DNA of 63,303 nt, the filler included, from Octopus bimaculoides (taxonomy: Eukaryota): the NCBI RefSeq assembly GCF_001194135.2. It is 5 parts of 5 records of this genome, joined end to end, with 100 filler letters (N's around TTAATTAATTAA, not from the genome) between each part and the next. Parts side by side here need not be neighbours in the genome. Positions count along the whole stretch, not along the records: positions 1 to 20,539 come from NC_069001.1; 4 more parts are not named here. One strand, given 5' to 3'. How positions within the stretch are numbered: the first letter of the stretch is position 1; every line of letters begins with the position of its first letter. The notes under the pieces were generated by a model. The model saw only the letters and a list, made by a program, of their open reading frames with translations, did no database searches and had not been told where the DNA came from. Shown here piece after piece: positions 1-14,938 of this stretch. A program made the translations under genes and the position numbers.

Positions 1-214
1 TAGGTATTCGTAGCTCTCCGCTGGTTTTAACTCTTTTATGACATTTTGCTGGTCAAGGTTCACATTAGTTGTATTTGTCATTTTTCCTTTGATAAAGGTA
101 GCTTTTACACATTTATCAAGGCCAAATTGCATCCTGATGTCATCACTGAATTGTTTAACAATCGCTAGTAGGCCTTTGAGTTGTTGGTCATTTTTTGCAA
201 AGAGCTTTAAATCA

Positions 215-286
<72 letters not shown>

Positions 287-1079
287 CATTATTATTATTA
301 TCCCGCTGAGATCGACTTTTATTTCATCCTTTTGGAGTTGATTAATTGAGTACCACTGAAACACTGGGGCTGTTGTAATCGGCTAGTCCCCTCCCCGAAA
401 TTTCAGACCTTGCGCCTATAGTAGAAAATATTGTTATTATTATTGAGTGAGAGAGCAGTGCAAGACATCAAAGTGACACCGGGGTATAAATATACGAAGC
501 TGAATATACCCACCACGACTACCCGTCTGATAAGGGTACACTAGGCACATGCATCACAACCGTGTGTGCATGACATAGTGACCTTATATCAAGATAAACA
601 GCGCATGACCTTGCAGATGGGACCCCATTAAAATTTTCTTCAAGTAGAGCATCCCATATCGCTCAAAAGGTCCCTGAATAAAGAAAGATTGTTTAACGAT
701 GATGAACAAAACACCCATGTTTTCAGAGGTGAATTATTCAGAAATCGGATTAAAGGATTAGTTAAGTGGGCGCTGGCGGGGGTCAGTTGTTAACAAAAAG
801 TTGGTGGTTTGTCCTGAAAAGGATAATTAGGCGATAAAAAGAAATAAAATAGAGGGAAACTTAGAAACGTAGAAGACTCGCTTAGAAAAGTCATCGTAAC
901 CGATGTTTTACCTCGTATTTCTATATTTCGAAGCGAAGACACCTTGTTCAGGACATTTTTGGAAAGAACGGTAGTTGGGAAACGTTGTTGCTCAGTTGTG
1001 TGTGGGGGAAGGAGGAAGGTGACATGCTCAGACTGGTATTGGTATAGCAATCAGTCTGCTTCGTGTAGTCCTCCCCCCC

Positions 1080-1261
1080 CGTTGCTAATAGCTGGTCTCA
1101 ATTTGTTTATAAGGAGGTCCTCCATTGTTTCCCCCGTTGCTTTGGGTTGCTTGATGAAAACTTTAAAATTCTGGATATGGCACATTCTAAGCTGTTTCTT
1201 TATTTAAGTGTCCATGTGCATGTGGTCCGTTATACGGATGTGCCGTTTCCTGGTTGTGCCC
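1080..1261 (-). mobile_element. Degenerate Penelope GIY-YIG C-terminal fragment
   Basis: Manual translation GTTRKRHIRITDH...*IKKQLRMC..NFKVF...MEDLLINKLRPAIS fits GxTxRxLxxRxxEH...C...F.I...E.LxI....P.LN. Confidence 0.55.
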
Positions 1262-2380
1262 CTTTAATATATATATATATCCAGATATGAATTAGAAGCA
1301 GAACTAGTGTTGTAAACATTATTGACTACACATACTCAAAGAAGAAGCCCTGCTTGTTTGCCAGTAGGCTGCGATGTAGTCAGGTGTGGATGACTCCGCT
1401 CAAAGCACCAGGTATTAAAACACCTGAAAGTCAAAGACAAGCGAAACAGCTCGCCTCGTGCGTGCTCGTGTGGGCGCGCGCACGAGCGCGTGTCCATAAA
1501 AATGTTCTACCGACGTAGGGAATATATGCATTTACGTAGTGTATTAAAAGGGTTTCATCCGTTAGTACAAAATGGAGTAAACTAAATCACCATATTAATT
1601 AGAACATATATTCCTTCTGTCTTAATTTAACTAATATATAGTCGCACAATATATGCCTATATCGTATGTACAAATATATGTGTGTTTATGCATATGTAGG
1701 CTTATACAAACACATGCATACACCCTCTCATACATACTTATATATGCATGCATGAATTTTTTTCTTATTATTTTTTGGTGGGCTGGAGTTTAGCAAGATA
1801 ATCATTTTTGTTTTGTTTATATAGGTTAATTACATGAACTTAGCGAGAATCTAATTTTAATAGACAACTGCTGCAAACAAATATTTAAGACAATTATATT
1901 TACATCACGAATTACGTGTCCAAACATTCAAAACCAGGCCCGCAGGGAAAAAAACAGTATTAAGTATTTTTTATTGAAAAAGAGATTAATGTTGATATGA
2001 AAATAGAAAATACAGATAGAAAGAAACGAAGAATTGACTAAAAGCTACTATGACAAAAGTTTAAGCTGCAAAAGTGTAGTAGACCCACAGGTCCAAACTT
2101 CTACAAAGGCTAAAAGAACAAAAGTAATTCAAAGGAATATACGTTAATGTGACCTAGTTAATGATCATCAATAAGTAGATAAGAAAAGAAACAACCAAAG
2201 AAAATGTGGAAAGGAAAAGATTCGATGTAATATATTGTTAAGATGTTATTTTATCGCCTTGTGCCTAGAGTAAAAAAGAATAGAGTTCAAACACGCGCGC
2301 GCACACATTCTAAGAGTCTTCTTGTGCGCAAGTCCTTTCACACAAAAACAACTGATACTACAAGCCTTACAAGATCTATA

Positions 2381-2741
2381 TGCAGGTTGGTCCGAAAGTC
2401 TTATCACCACCCGTAAATATCGTTTTCATTTTCTGTGATCAAGGAACAAGTTTCACAAGATCGATACCAGAATACCCACCACTTGAAGGACACTGTTTCG
2501 GCAGCCTTTGCAAACATTATCAAAGCACAGCTTCGTAAAATATCACACAAGACATGGCTCCGCATCATTTTGTGCCACGAAAATGATGGTGTTCATACAG
2601 ACTTTCTCGATGTGTGACAGGGTCAGTGTCAATGAAAGTGAATATACTAAAACCAGCGCATGTGTTTGTTATTATTTTATTGTTCCTCTATTATTCTTAT
2701 TACTTTCCGGTAGTGGGTGACAAGACTTTAGGACCACTCTA
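2381..2741 (+). mobile_element. Short Tc1/mariner (maT-like) non-autonomous element
   Basis: Imperfect TIRs (tggtccgaaagtcttatcacc / ggtgacaagactttaggacca) in a TA context. Internal LKDTVSAAFANI...RIILCHENDGVH resembles a transposase C-terminus. Confidence 0.65.
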
Positions 2742-3675
2742 TATATTATAAAATATTTTTTCTGTTAATTCATTTTAATACAACTCCAACTGCCATACGA
2801 AGCCTTGTTCAGACTTACCAATTACATACAACTGTTACATAAATATACCCGAATTCTGTAGAACTATTTTGGCTCTAAAGAGAGTTTTTGTTGAATAAAT
2901 TACTTCTGGAATCTGTTTCCAGTCGATTTCTAAATGTTATTTATATTCTGACGTTAAAAAAATCATTGTAAAATGAAATCGTTTTAAATGTTACTAACCA
3001 GCTACGTGAATTATTTTCAGGATTTAATCTTACTCTTCGAATATTTGGAATCTTACTCTTAGTTCGTTGAATGGTTACACGGTTACATTTAGCCGCAAAG
3101 ACTATCAAGTGCTACGCTCAAAATATCTACATTTCGGCTGCCTCAATGAAGTCATTAATATCATATCTTCGTCGTGGTATTCACTTCTAACATATTGTTA
3201 TTTCTGTGTAATACAAATAAACTCTATAAGATCCCACAGTCTTTCTTCTTACGAGATATGCCATAATTCACTGATGAATAGAAAGTATGTCGACTTCAAT
3301 TGAGTAGAATGATGGATGTAGCACTTGTGATTTGAAAAACGCTTGGAATATGCATATACACCCATTACCTATATTTTCTGTCTTCGAGTACATTGTTTAC
3401 AGAGTCATATATCCGTATATGAAACGTCGTAATAAGTCGGTGCTGGCCCTGAATTCTATAGAAAATTAATTGGAATAAACGTTGTACCTTTCTAATTTAT
3501 AAATTATATAACTGTATTACATAACTTATATTATATACATTAATTCAGGCAAGTAAAATAATTTATTATAAAAGCTGCGAAACGATCGTAGTTATATGGA
3601 TGTCAGTTGGTGAAATAAGTTTTTTCATCTTGCACCTTCTCTCTTTCTTTATATTATATTATATCATCTGTCTGC

Positions 3676-3728
<53 letters not shown>

Positions 3729-3729
3729 C

Positions 3730-3789
<60 letters not shown>

Positions 3790-3844
3790 GTCTGTCTGTC
3801 TGTCTGTCTGTATGTAGGTCTATCTATCTGTCTATCTAGTGTGT

Positions 3845-3882
<38 letters not shown>

Positions 3883-4689
3883 GCCCCCTTACCTACTGCT
3901 TAACAACTAGTGTTGGTTTATTTACGTCACCATAAGGTAGCAGTTTGGCAAAAGACACCGATAGAATAAGTAGCAAACTTAAAAAGTAAGTACATGCAGT
4001 GCCCCTGCATGGTAGCATCCGAATGGCTGAGGCAAGTAAAAGATAAATGAGAAAAGATTGCTTATTAACTGTTTTTACGATATATTTTAGTGTAATTTAG
4101 TTACTCAATGTGTTTGTCTCTGTGTTTATTTACCAGTGCAAACTGATGTAGAGTTGTACTTCTTTATATCGAGTCCTCAACTTTTTGATTTGATAAATCG
4201 GGATTAATAATAACTTATAATCGACTAAATCTCAATTATTACTGCATAATTTATAGTTCTAGATAAATTATGTCAGAAAACGAAAACAATGAAAACTTTG
4301 TGATTTGAATACGTTTGGTCATATGTCTGCTCTCTAATAATTGACTAGTGATTAAGAGCCAACATGCAGTTGCTTGACACCCTAGAAAGACTAATCTACC
4401 TACTATCATAACAAAGGATGCTTACATTAACTAGCGTAGTCTTAGAACAATATTCCTGAAAACCAGATGGGATGATCATGATTAGGATCCCTTTGATTAT
4501 ATATCTGTTCAATCAGAGCTGATCTGGACCTGAACAATGGCAATCACAATAACCTGTCCTCTTAAAATAAGCTATATTGATATGTATTAGTACTTTAAAA
4601 GTAATCGTCTTATGATGTAGTAACCATAATCAGATCTTCTTTGAAATCATATCTCGATTGTTCACATCTAATACAATCAGTCAATGATG

Positions 4690-4860
4690 GATTCTCCTAG
4701 AAATAATAGTCAAATCTCCCTCAAATCACACTCTTATAAACAGAATATACATTTTTGTTGGCTTTGAATAATGTAATCCTAGATATACAAAAGAATAGAA
4801 TGTCATGGGTGGAATGACTTTGAACATATATCTAATTCACGAGAGCGAGTTGTGGGCAAA
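4690..4860 (+). repeat. Old dispersed repeat family (other copies at about 8570-8760, 19590-19800, 45620-45830)
   Basis: Shared motif order caaatctccctcaaatcacac...ataatgtagtcctag...gtcatggctggaat...tttgatcatagtct. Confidence 0.6.
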
Positions 4861-7305
4861 ATAAAAGCAAAAGCAACGGACAACAAATTAAATGTTCAGA
4901 TTGGAAATCAATGCTTCTCCTCTGCTATCATGCTTCTTCTTTGAAAGAAGGAATTTGCAATACACTCATTTCCAAAAGTCGAAAAAAATAATAAAATACA
5001 ATTTAATTGATTTCTTTCATTTTAATTATCTTTTCTTTTATGTTTTAATTGTTTCATTAGAGTGCGGCCATACTGGAGCACCGGTTTGAAGATTTTTAGT
5101 TAAACGTATCAATCCCAGTACCTTTTCTTTTTCTTTCTAAAATCATTGTACTGATTCTACCCGAGCAATAGGCCTATTGCGTGCAAATACCCATTGGGAT
5201 TATATTTTTGGCTGTAACTTTTATATTTTTTATCCGATTTTAATGAAATTTGAGATGTAGGTAAATATTGTTGTTGGGGAGACGGTAAAGGTGTTTATTT
5301 AATACAACAGGGCTTGAAAAGGTCACAAATGCATATAGGCATTTCCTTAGAGGCATTCTTACCGATTTTGTAGAAATTTTACACATGATTACAGTTCATG
5401 TCCATTAGTTGATGCCACCATGAAGAGCTGACAAAAAATCGATAACTGTACGTGAGTAGGGGATTTTAAGAAATCAATAGGCCTTTTGTACGCAATTACC
5501 CATAGGATTAATTTCTTATGCTGCAACCTTTACAGAATTCATCCGATTTTGAAGGAATTTGACATTTAGGTAAAGTTTATGGTCGGAGTCATGTAGTAGA
5601 ATTAGAATTAAACTGGAGAAAAGCAGAAATCATCAAAATTCACCCATAATGAATTAATGAACTGATTCTGAAGAAAATTGACCCATGAGTAAAATTAAGC
5701 ACTTAGACATATGAAACATTGATTATTCATATAATGAAGTGGGATTTAAAAGTCAATGGGATATTTTCATGTAAATGGTCACATGGATTCTATTTTATGA
5801 CATAACCGTAACACTTTCCTTCGGATTTTGCTGATTGGACACACTGATCAATTTTGTACAGAGGGTGGCATTAAGGGGAGAGAAATAAACAAACATCACT
5901 CTCAACGCGTCGAGGTACACCCAAAAGTTTGACAGCGATTTCAGGTGGTCCAGTATGTAGGAGTATGTCGAACGCGTTAACCGGGTAAAATCTCTGCCTA
6001 ACCAGATATAACATCATAATGGGTAATAGTTGGCAGGGGAACAGAGAAGATTTCAATACAAGGTCAGAGGTGGGCTTAACTTCAACACGGAAAACACGAG
6101 CAACGTCGGGTCCAACAGCTAGTATATATATATATTCTTTTATTCTTTTATTTGTTTCAATCATTTGACTGCAGCCATGCTGGAGCATCGCCTTTTGTCG
6201 AGTAAACTGACCCTAATAATTTCAGGTTTATAAAACTTATAAGTAAATTATTTATTGTAAATAATAGGTCCAATATTTATAGAAAGAAATAAGTGTAATA
6301 TTTCGGAATTTATTATCTAGTCGCAGTATAGAAAAGTGTAAAGACGGTTCTGGAGTAGATACTAAACGGTTAAAAAGTATAATTGAATATGAGAGGGAAT
6401 TTACTTACGTCATCAGCTGCTAAACGTATATAATCATCTATAGAGTGGTACAAAAAAATTTTTTTTAGTTAATATCGTAAAATATTGTTTATATTATTAA
6501 TATAATTATAGAGAAATTTATCATAGAAAAGTAATGAGAGGTATGTGAGTTTGGTGTGGTGTAGGGGAGATAATAGTTAATGGGAAAAAAATGGAATCGT
6601 ACATATATTTTTCAAAAATGAAAGTAAATAGATTGACATAAGATATACATAAATATGTACGCTCAAATTTTTATATGTCTTAAATACCATTATAAATAAG
6701 TTTATGCATATACATACCCATACAGCCATATATACATATGCACACTTTTTCTACATACAAAAGTACACACAAGTAAATACTTAGGTATGCACATATATAT
6801 ACAAACATATACAAACAACGATACTTATACATACAGATACCTATACAGACCTTGAAGTATGTACGAATACGTCCATACATACTAATACTCTGCTATATAG
6901 CTTTTATAAATATAATACCCACACATATATACGTTTATGCTCATAAATTAATCCTTATATACCGGCCAAAAGGCATATATGCCCATATAAATGTACATAC
7001 GTACATATATACGTTATAAAAAGTATGAAAAATCATTAAAAAATAATTTTAAAATTATTAAAAAAATTATTGATATGATTAGTGGATAATATAACTGGAC
7101 ATTTAGGTATATATTATATGTACACATATATATCCACACATATATGCATATACATCTGCTTACTTAACATACATACATAATATATGTATATACAAGGATT
7201 GCACTCTTACAATTGGAAATATAAAGTCATTAAAGTGCATATATACAGGTAATAACATGCATGGATACATACTTACATATATACAAATGTACATACATGC
7301 ACAAA

Positions 7306-7355
<50 letters not shown>

Positions 7356-8849
7356 NNNNNNNNNNNNNNNNNNNNNNNNNNNNNNNNNNNNNNNNNNNNN
7401 NNNNNNNNNNNNNNNNNNNNNNNNNNNNNNNNNNNNNNNNNNNNNNNNNNNNNNNNNNNNNNNNNNNNNNNNNNNNNNNNNNNNNNNNNNNNNNNNNNNN
7501 TGTATATATATATACACACACTTGGAAAAATACTTAAGTATGCATATAGACATACACAGCCTCACCAGTTATTTTACTTCATTTACGGAAGTTTAAATAG
7601 GCACATATATAGAAATTCATAGAGAATATCAGCCTTTAATATTTTAATATTTATTAAGCATCCAATTTATATCTTTTTAGTCTTGTTTAAAATAAACATC
7701 ACTCCAAAAACTAGAACACATTATAACATGATTACTAAAACAAAACCTAAGTACTTCTAACGTCTTTTTAGTTTTTATCCAAGCTGCTGAGAGGTACTTT
7801 CTAACAACTCAGATTTTCAGTTATGAATATCTCTGTCTTTCTATACGAAACAAATTGCATAGTAACATGAGTAATTAAAACAATAATCCATCTTAACATC
7901 TAATCTCCTCCATTTACATAAATATGAATTTGTTGAACTGTGTTTAATAAGTGAAGTCATATTGTTAATATATATATGTATACATATACATACATACATA
8001 CATATATATCCAAAGTTTTAAATTTAAAAGAGAGTTTTGACGCTAATATCCATTATTATTGAAATTTATTCCTATGTCAACATTTCTGTATAAGGCTATA
8101 TTTGACTGTCAAATTAGTCAAACATATACTTTGCCTTACACGTCTTCAGGGAAGTAAATTTAAGAACAAACAAAAACAAAAAATCAAGAACAAGAGGTAA
8201 ATACCAAGACATCTCTAAGTTCCGTCCATATTCAAATTTTTCAGTTTCTGTCTACCAAATCTACTCACAAAGCTTTGGTTGACCCAAAGCTATAGTAGAA
8301 GACACTTGTCAAATGTGTCACGCATTGGGACTGAACCCAGAACCATGTGACTGGGAAGCAAATTTCTTATCACACAGCCACGCCTGCATCAATTCTCAAA
8401 TATGTTTCGAAAAGCCAGTTTTTTATGTCTTTGTTTAACCCAGATTATCACTAACCAAGTAACACCTGTGATCAAACATCTATGACCACCCTTCCTTGTT
8501 TTGTATGTCAGAAATTACAATGCACAATATATCTTTATTTAGGATGGTAGATTGTATAATTCCACATGTGTTATAAGTCTAAGGTACTAACAAAATTCCC
8601 CTCAAAATAAACCTTGCCCTCACTCAAAGAGATAACATATTAGATAATATAGTCCTGAATATACCATTTAGAAATACCATGGGGTATTCTTTAATTCTTT
8701 AAGTTTAAACTGCCATGGCTCAAAACGCTCCGGTCATAGGTCTGTTTACTCAGTGAAAACCCGTGGCCAGATACCAAGAAGAAGAGATAGATGCTATTTG
8801 CGAGGATTATAAATGTTAGACGCTTGATATAGCAGCAGAATTATAAGCA

Positions 8850-11050
8850 TTCTTCTTCGTCTTCAAACAGCACAAAAGTGATGCATCTCACAATACTGCG
8901 CCATAAATGTCAAGTCGTCTAGTAGCTTTTCTTAATTTCATGCTGTATGCCTCTGCCAATCACACCAATGCAGTTGTGTGGTCTGTCTTCGTTCTCTGTT
9001 AAGTTGTGAAAGTTTTCAAAATATATCTGATATGACATGTTGTTCAGCAGGATATCAATGCCAGCCAAGTCTATTTTGCATTGATCCATCACAATAGTAA
9101 TGGGAGGAATGTGTCCATCAATCCCTTTGGTCTTGTGCTCAACCTATTACATTTTGGTCTTGTGTTCAACCTATGACAATTTGAAGATTGCCTTAATAGT
9201 ACATGCACCGTTAAGGCAATCTTCAATTTCTTCCCTCAGAGTCCAGGTTTCTTCTCCATTAAGAAAAACGCTCTCAACAAATGCATTGAGGAAGACAAGC
9301 TCTATTGATTTTGAAATACTTGATTGCCAAATGTTTTGAGATTTGTTAGCTCCATGTTAATCAGTTGCATTTGAGAACGTCTTTCTTACCGTCAGAAAGT
9401 AAAAAGCCAATGTATTAGTAGTCAGAAACCTTCAAGAGTTCTTTGTCATCAATGAACCAAACTGGCAAGTAGCTTTCAGCTTCAGTGATGGTCGTGTATT
9501 CAATCCTCTCTCCATAGAGAAACAGATCGGCTTTAGCTGTAACAGTTTCGAGGGATGTTAGCAAGCCTTGTGGATCATACAGTTGATGAGCTATAAGAGC
9601 AAGATCATCAGCATAGGTGAGATCAGTGAGAGAGAGGCTCTGCTGATGGCATAGTAGCTTCCGTTTGATGGTGACATTTATCATCACTTGGATAAAGTCA
9701 AGATTTTGCCCATGGATGAAGTCCACTACAATCACCTAAAAATGAGCTGGTATGTCTCCTGAAGGATTTCAGCCTTTATTGGTAACACTGTAGCGAGAAT
9801 TCTGTGCTTTGCACAAAGCTTGAGGGGTTTTCTTACATGATGGTGATGGTTTAACCATCTCCTCTGTTATATCATAGCTCAGTCAGGTACACAACATAGC
9901 CTTGGAAAAATCCACAAATTCGATTTATGTCTTTAACCAGGAGATTCTGAGGTCTTTTGGATTTCATTCTTCTAAGGGCATATGGTAGCATTGATCTGTA
10001 TTAGTGAAGGGTGTTTTGGATCCGTTCTTTGGTTAACATTAATGTAATGGGTACTTCTCATTAGTAATACAGAGTTGTAGATTTTGAAGCCAGGGTGAGA
10101 ATGTAAATTACCTGTGGTTCTGAGACAGATTGAAATCATCTTTCTTTGTAAGAGCTATACTTATAGATTTTGAGAAGTGTGTTGGCTTGTTTCCTTTAAG
10201 AGTTTTGTTACAAAACGCCAACAGATGTTTGTGAAAGTGTCGATTCTTTCAGTTGGTGGCAAGAATGTTATCTGAAAATATGAAACCCTGGGGTTTCCAT
10301 ATTTCTTTGCCATTTTTAGATATTCTAAACCATTTAAAAAAATTCTAAATGGTCCAGTCTACATCGGCGGGTTATCTACTAATTTGTAATTTAGTTTAGT
10401 TTTGTATTGCTCTGTGTTACCAAGTAACAATTTAAAATGCCAAAACATTGCAACACGATGCTCACCAGTGGTTCCTCTACAATACGAAGAAGCTCTGTAG
10501 TTCCTTCAGAGTGGCTCAGGCAGCAGCATGCTTGTTATTATGAAGGTTGTCAATTCTTCAATGCAATTACTGTTTCTTCCTATTGCCTCTTTTATGCTTC
10601 ATCAAATGTAACTTTAGCTGAACTGAAGTTTGTTTCAATATTCGTGGTGAATGTCTCCTGAATAAATGGTTCATCATGTATGTTTTCCTATGCAATAGAT
10701 GTCAATGGTGTACACATTCTCCTTGTATAGAGGTTCTTTCTTTTTGTCAGTAGAGGTGTTGAACGTGTCGATTATAACGGGGATTTTATGCTGAATGAAA
10801 ATGACTGCACTATTTTTGTTTGCATTGAGGTTGGATCGCCAGTAATGAATAAGACTATCCCATTCCTATAATTCTATTTGAGAAGCATTGTTAACTCAAA
10901 AGGTTAGGATCTTTAACCTTAGTGTTGTTGTGTCGTGAACTTATGTTATTAATATGCTGATACAACTTTTTCTGATAGAACAGGTTCTTTAGCCATCAAT
11001 GTCTGTAAATCCATCCTGCAAAGCAACAGCTTCTCTCCTCTGCAAAAGTA
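8850..11050 (-). mobile_element. Old degenerate RTE-like LINE (endonuclease + RT remnants)
   Basis: ORF 9415..9735 has DLTYADDLALI. AFVESVFLNGEETWTL occurs near 9230-9290, and an endonuclease-like ITGDPT segment near 10840. Many stops and frameshifts; boundaries approximate. Confidence 0.75.
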
Positions 11051-12966
11051 TCAGCTGCTATTTAATCCTAGTTAGCTGCAAGTTACAACAAACTGCAGGA
11101 CTCTATGGAGGGTCAAACTTATTTACTAATGCATTTTACTCTGCAACCCTTACAGGTGTTAATTTCTGAGGCAAAACAAACCTGGAAATACAGTAATTTA
11201 AGTAATAACCCCATTCCTCTCAAAATCTAGTATCTCCTAATGGATGCTGTTTACAGTCATATACCAGATATGATAACCATTGATCACTTGCTGTTGTTTT
11301 GTGGATATTTATATTTTATGGATTAACATTAGATAGGGTGTAAATTAATTATCCTTGCACTATATAAATATTCAAAATTGTTTTCATAGCAAAAGATAGC
11401 ACAGGAGATTGGATACAAAATTGAAAAGAAAAATATGCAAATTTTATATAACTTTAAGCATTTATAATTTTATGAATTTCAACTTTCAAATATTGAACTA
11501 TGCACTTAAAAAGTATAACATTTATTTACCAACCATATTTTTTCAAAAATGGAAAGCTTTTGAGACAGGAAAAAACGAAAAAGAAACAGCAAGACATGAA
11601 ATTTTCTTTTAATCATTTTAATTCAAATGTATTATTCACGACATTTTCCAATTTGCTTTTTCCAAAATTTCCTTCTTTTTTCAAAGAAATCAATATTAAG
11701 GAAACATTCCATTATCCAAGTTTGCATCTATTTTACTTTTAAGTGAAGAATTAAAAACCTGATAATATTTTGAATTTTTATGAAAATTTAGACATCTGCA
11801 ATTTTATAAACTTCCAGTTAAAATTTTTCATTCCTACTCAAATTTAGTTTACATTTAAAACTCTATATATTTTCAAAGAATGAAGCATAATTTTATTGAT
11901 ATTTTTGTACCCACATATCAAATTGATTCTTTTTTTATTCTAATCCTCATATATGAAATTCTATTTTAGTTCAGAGAGAAACCAATTTTGTCAGAATATC
12001 CCTTCATTTGGGTTTACATTTATTTTGCTTCTAAAACCTGATAAGGCAGTTCTGTATAATTGCTACTACATATTGCACTAAATCAATTTTTTTGTTGTTC
12101 CTCCTGATACTGATCTAAAAAAAAAATTCCTGACGCATTTTTAATTTTTATATATTTTTATTGCTAATAATTTTGTAATTTTCATATATAATTTGTTAAA
12201 CAACCTGCAAAGTAGAAAGAATAAAGATAAAATTTTACAAAACAGAAAGAAAAACTCTAACGCACATTTTTAATTGTTTCTGCTTCAAGCCAAGAATATC
12301 GTTTGAACAGGTTTATTGAAAGCTGACATTTTGTATCTAATTTTGTCTATTTATTTTTTAATATTTGTTTTTAAATTCTTAAATTCTTAAGATTAATGAT
12401 TTTTTTCAAACAAAACCTTTATTAATTTCTTTCAAATTAGTGTTCTTATAATAAATCAAGATCCAATGCACTAGATAAGTGACATGGACAATCTATGTGT
12501 GTTTGTGTGTACATACAGATGTATATATGTGATTTGTGTATGCATGTGTGTGGGTGAACATATATACATCATACATCACAAACATATATATGGAACAATG
12601 CATTATTTCCATTAAGCTTGAGTCAATATTGATGAAAATTGAGGAACTGTTTGCCAACTTCTTTTTATAAAAAAATAATTGGCTTTTGTGAAAGAAGAAA
12701 CAAAGAAAAGGAGAAAGGAAAAAAAGGAAGTTAGTGGAAAAGAAAGAGAGAATGTTTCAAAATTCAATTATTTTATAACGGATGAAAAAGAAAATACAAA
12801 GGGAAAATATATTAAAAACATATACAACAAAAACAAAACAAAAACATTTACAATCAAAACAAAAGCTTCCTCCAGCTATAATGACAATATAATGCAATTT
12901 GAATATAAGATAAAATCCTTGAAAATCAATATTGTTCAGTTCCGACCATAAATAAACTGCATTCTC

Positions 12967-13028
<62 letters not shown>

Positions 13029-14571
13029 CGACGATGATGATGAATATTATAAATATATAGCTATCAATGCTCAACTACTACGGCATGGGTTGTTGTTAAT
13101 GTCGAGTTTATTTCGTATTGTTTTTCTATTGAATATTTATAAAGCAAGCAAACCAACATATAATGTTTTGACAAAATGTTAAGAAGCAGTGAATTGTCTC
13201 TAATCGTTGTATGCATTTACATATCAATAAGTTAAGAACAAACGTATCTATTGAGACGACAAAATAAAAATTTATATGAAAAAATACAAAGAAAATAATA
13301 AAAGGAAAAAATAACAAAGCAAACTTAACATTAGCTGGTGGGTGATATATTTAAATTCAGCTACACAGACGTGAGTATTGTGCATGAAGAAAACAAAAAC
13401 ATTTGAAAAAAAATATAACTTGAATAAATAAATAAATTTAATAAATATAACAGGATAATATCTGATTATAAAAATATAAAATTAAACACTGTGATAAAGA
13501 AGAAAAAAAAAACATTCGTTCAATCATTTTCTCTTTTTGCGTTTTCTGCGTTATTTTTTTTTTTTTCTCTTTCTTCTTAATGCCAAGTTTTAAATATTTT
13601 CTTTAGATTATTATCTGGTGAAACACTAGATGTGATAAGTGGAAATTTTCATTTAAAAGAGGTCTGGAATAGATATTGTCACCTGAAGAATAAGTACCAT
13701 TTATCATGCAATTGAGTTCAGTTATCAATGTTTATATTTATTTTCTTGTGAATCACGTTATCTGACAAAGATAACTGTTACTTTGCAAAAGATTGATATT
13801 TCAGAAAAAACCTGTCTAAATTCTAGGTGGATAAGCTTTGTGTCAACTAAATTGCTGTTGTCAGTGTTGTCATCACAATTGTTGTTGTAGTTGTCACCAC
13901 TGTTGATGCCATTGTTGTCATGACAACCATGGTTAATTTTTTTTTTTCTTTTTCGTATTATACTGTATGTTTTTTTAAGACGTGGAGTTGATATTTAGTT
14001 TATCAACAGAGGCTGATGACAGTACAATGAGTATATACTTTAGCCTGTTGTAGATTGGGGTGAATAGTTTGATATTTTATTCTAATTATTGAGCAGAAAT
14101 TGAATTTAAAAGACATACAACTGGAAAATGTAAGAATTAAATAATCATTTGGTTTCTCATTTAAAAATCCGAGAGAACTGTGGAGGTTATAAAAAGAGGA
14201 ATTAAGATTTGTATATTTTTATAATGAGATAATGTAATAAATAGAGGCAGTGATAAAAGACTCTTATATACCTTTGCAGATTGGGATGATGCAGACACTT
14301 TAGGCTTTGTTCAAACTTTCATAGTCATTGAAGAACAGGTGTGAGTTGAGAAAAAGTCACAGATTTGTGAGAGCTTATGGAAAAAGTTTGGGTTTGGTAT
14401 TGGTTGTAATCAGTAATACACAGAAAAAAAATGATAGAGTATGGACAAAAATGGAGAAATTCCTGGTTTTAATGTAAAAAAAAAATTGGAAGGCAAAGTT
14501 AGTGAGATGAATTGTAAGTAAATAGATTTATCATGGATGTATTTTAGAATATTTGTCGATATTGAGAGAGT

Positions 14572-14938
14572 TGCTGTTATGGCTGAGTTTAAGAAGTTTG
14601 CTTTCCAACCTCATCGTATTGGGTTCGTTGTCACTGCATGGCACGTTTGGCAAGTGTCTTAGACAATAGCCTAGGTCTGGCTTGTGAGTGAATTTAGTAG
14701 ACGGAAACTAAAAGAAGCTCGTCGTATATGTATGTATGTGTGTGCATGTGTGTCTGCTTGATAACCGATGTTGGTGTGTTTATGTTCCCATAATTTAACA
14801 GTTTGGCAAACGAGACCGATACAAGTATCGAAGTTAAAAAACATAAGTACAGGCGTCGCTTCATTTGACCAAAATTCTTCAAAGTGATGCCCCAGCATGG
14901 CTACAGCTTAATGACTGAAATAAGTAAAAGATAAAAGG
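14572..14938 (+). mobile_element. SINE, same family as 54072..54480
   Basis: Same head, middle and tail motifs (cttgggcaagtgtctt-like, accgatgttggtgtgttt, gaccgata, aagtaaaagataaa). Confidence 0.8.

Noticed and set aside
921-1453. Hammerhead-like strings at 921-952 (-) and 1423-1453 (+), also 36666-36691 (+)
   Set aside because: They have core mismatches without compensation or a broken stem III. At best they are decayed PLE remnants, not supportable as ribozymes.
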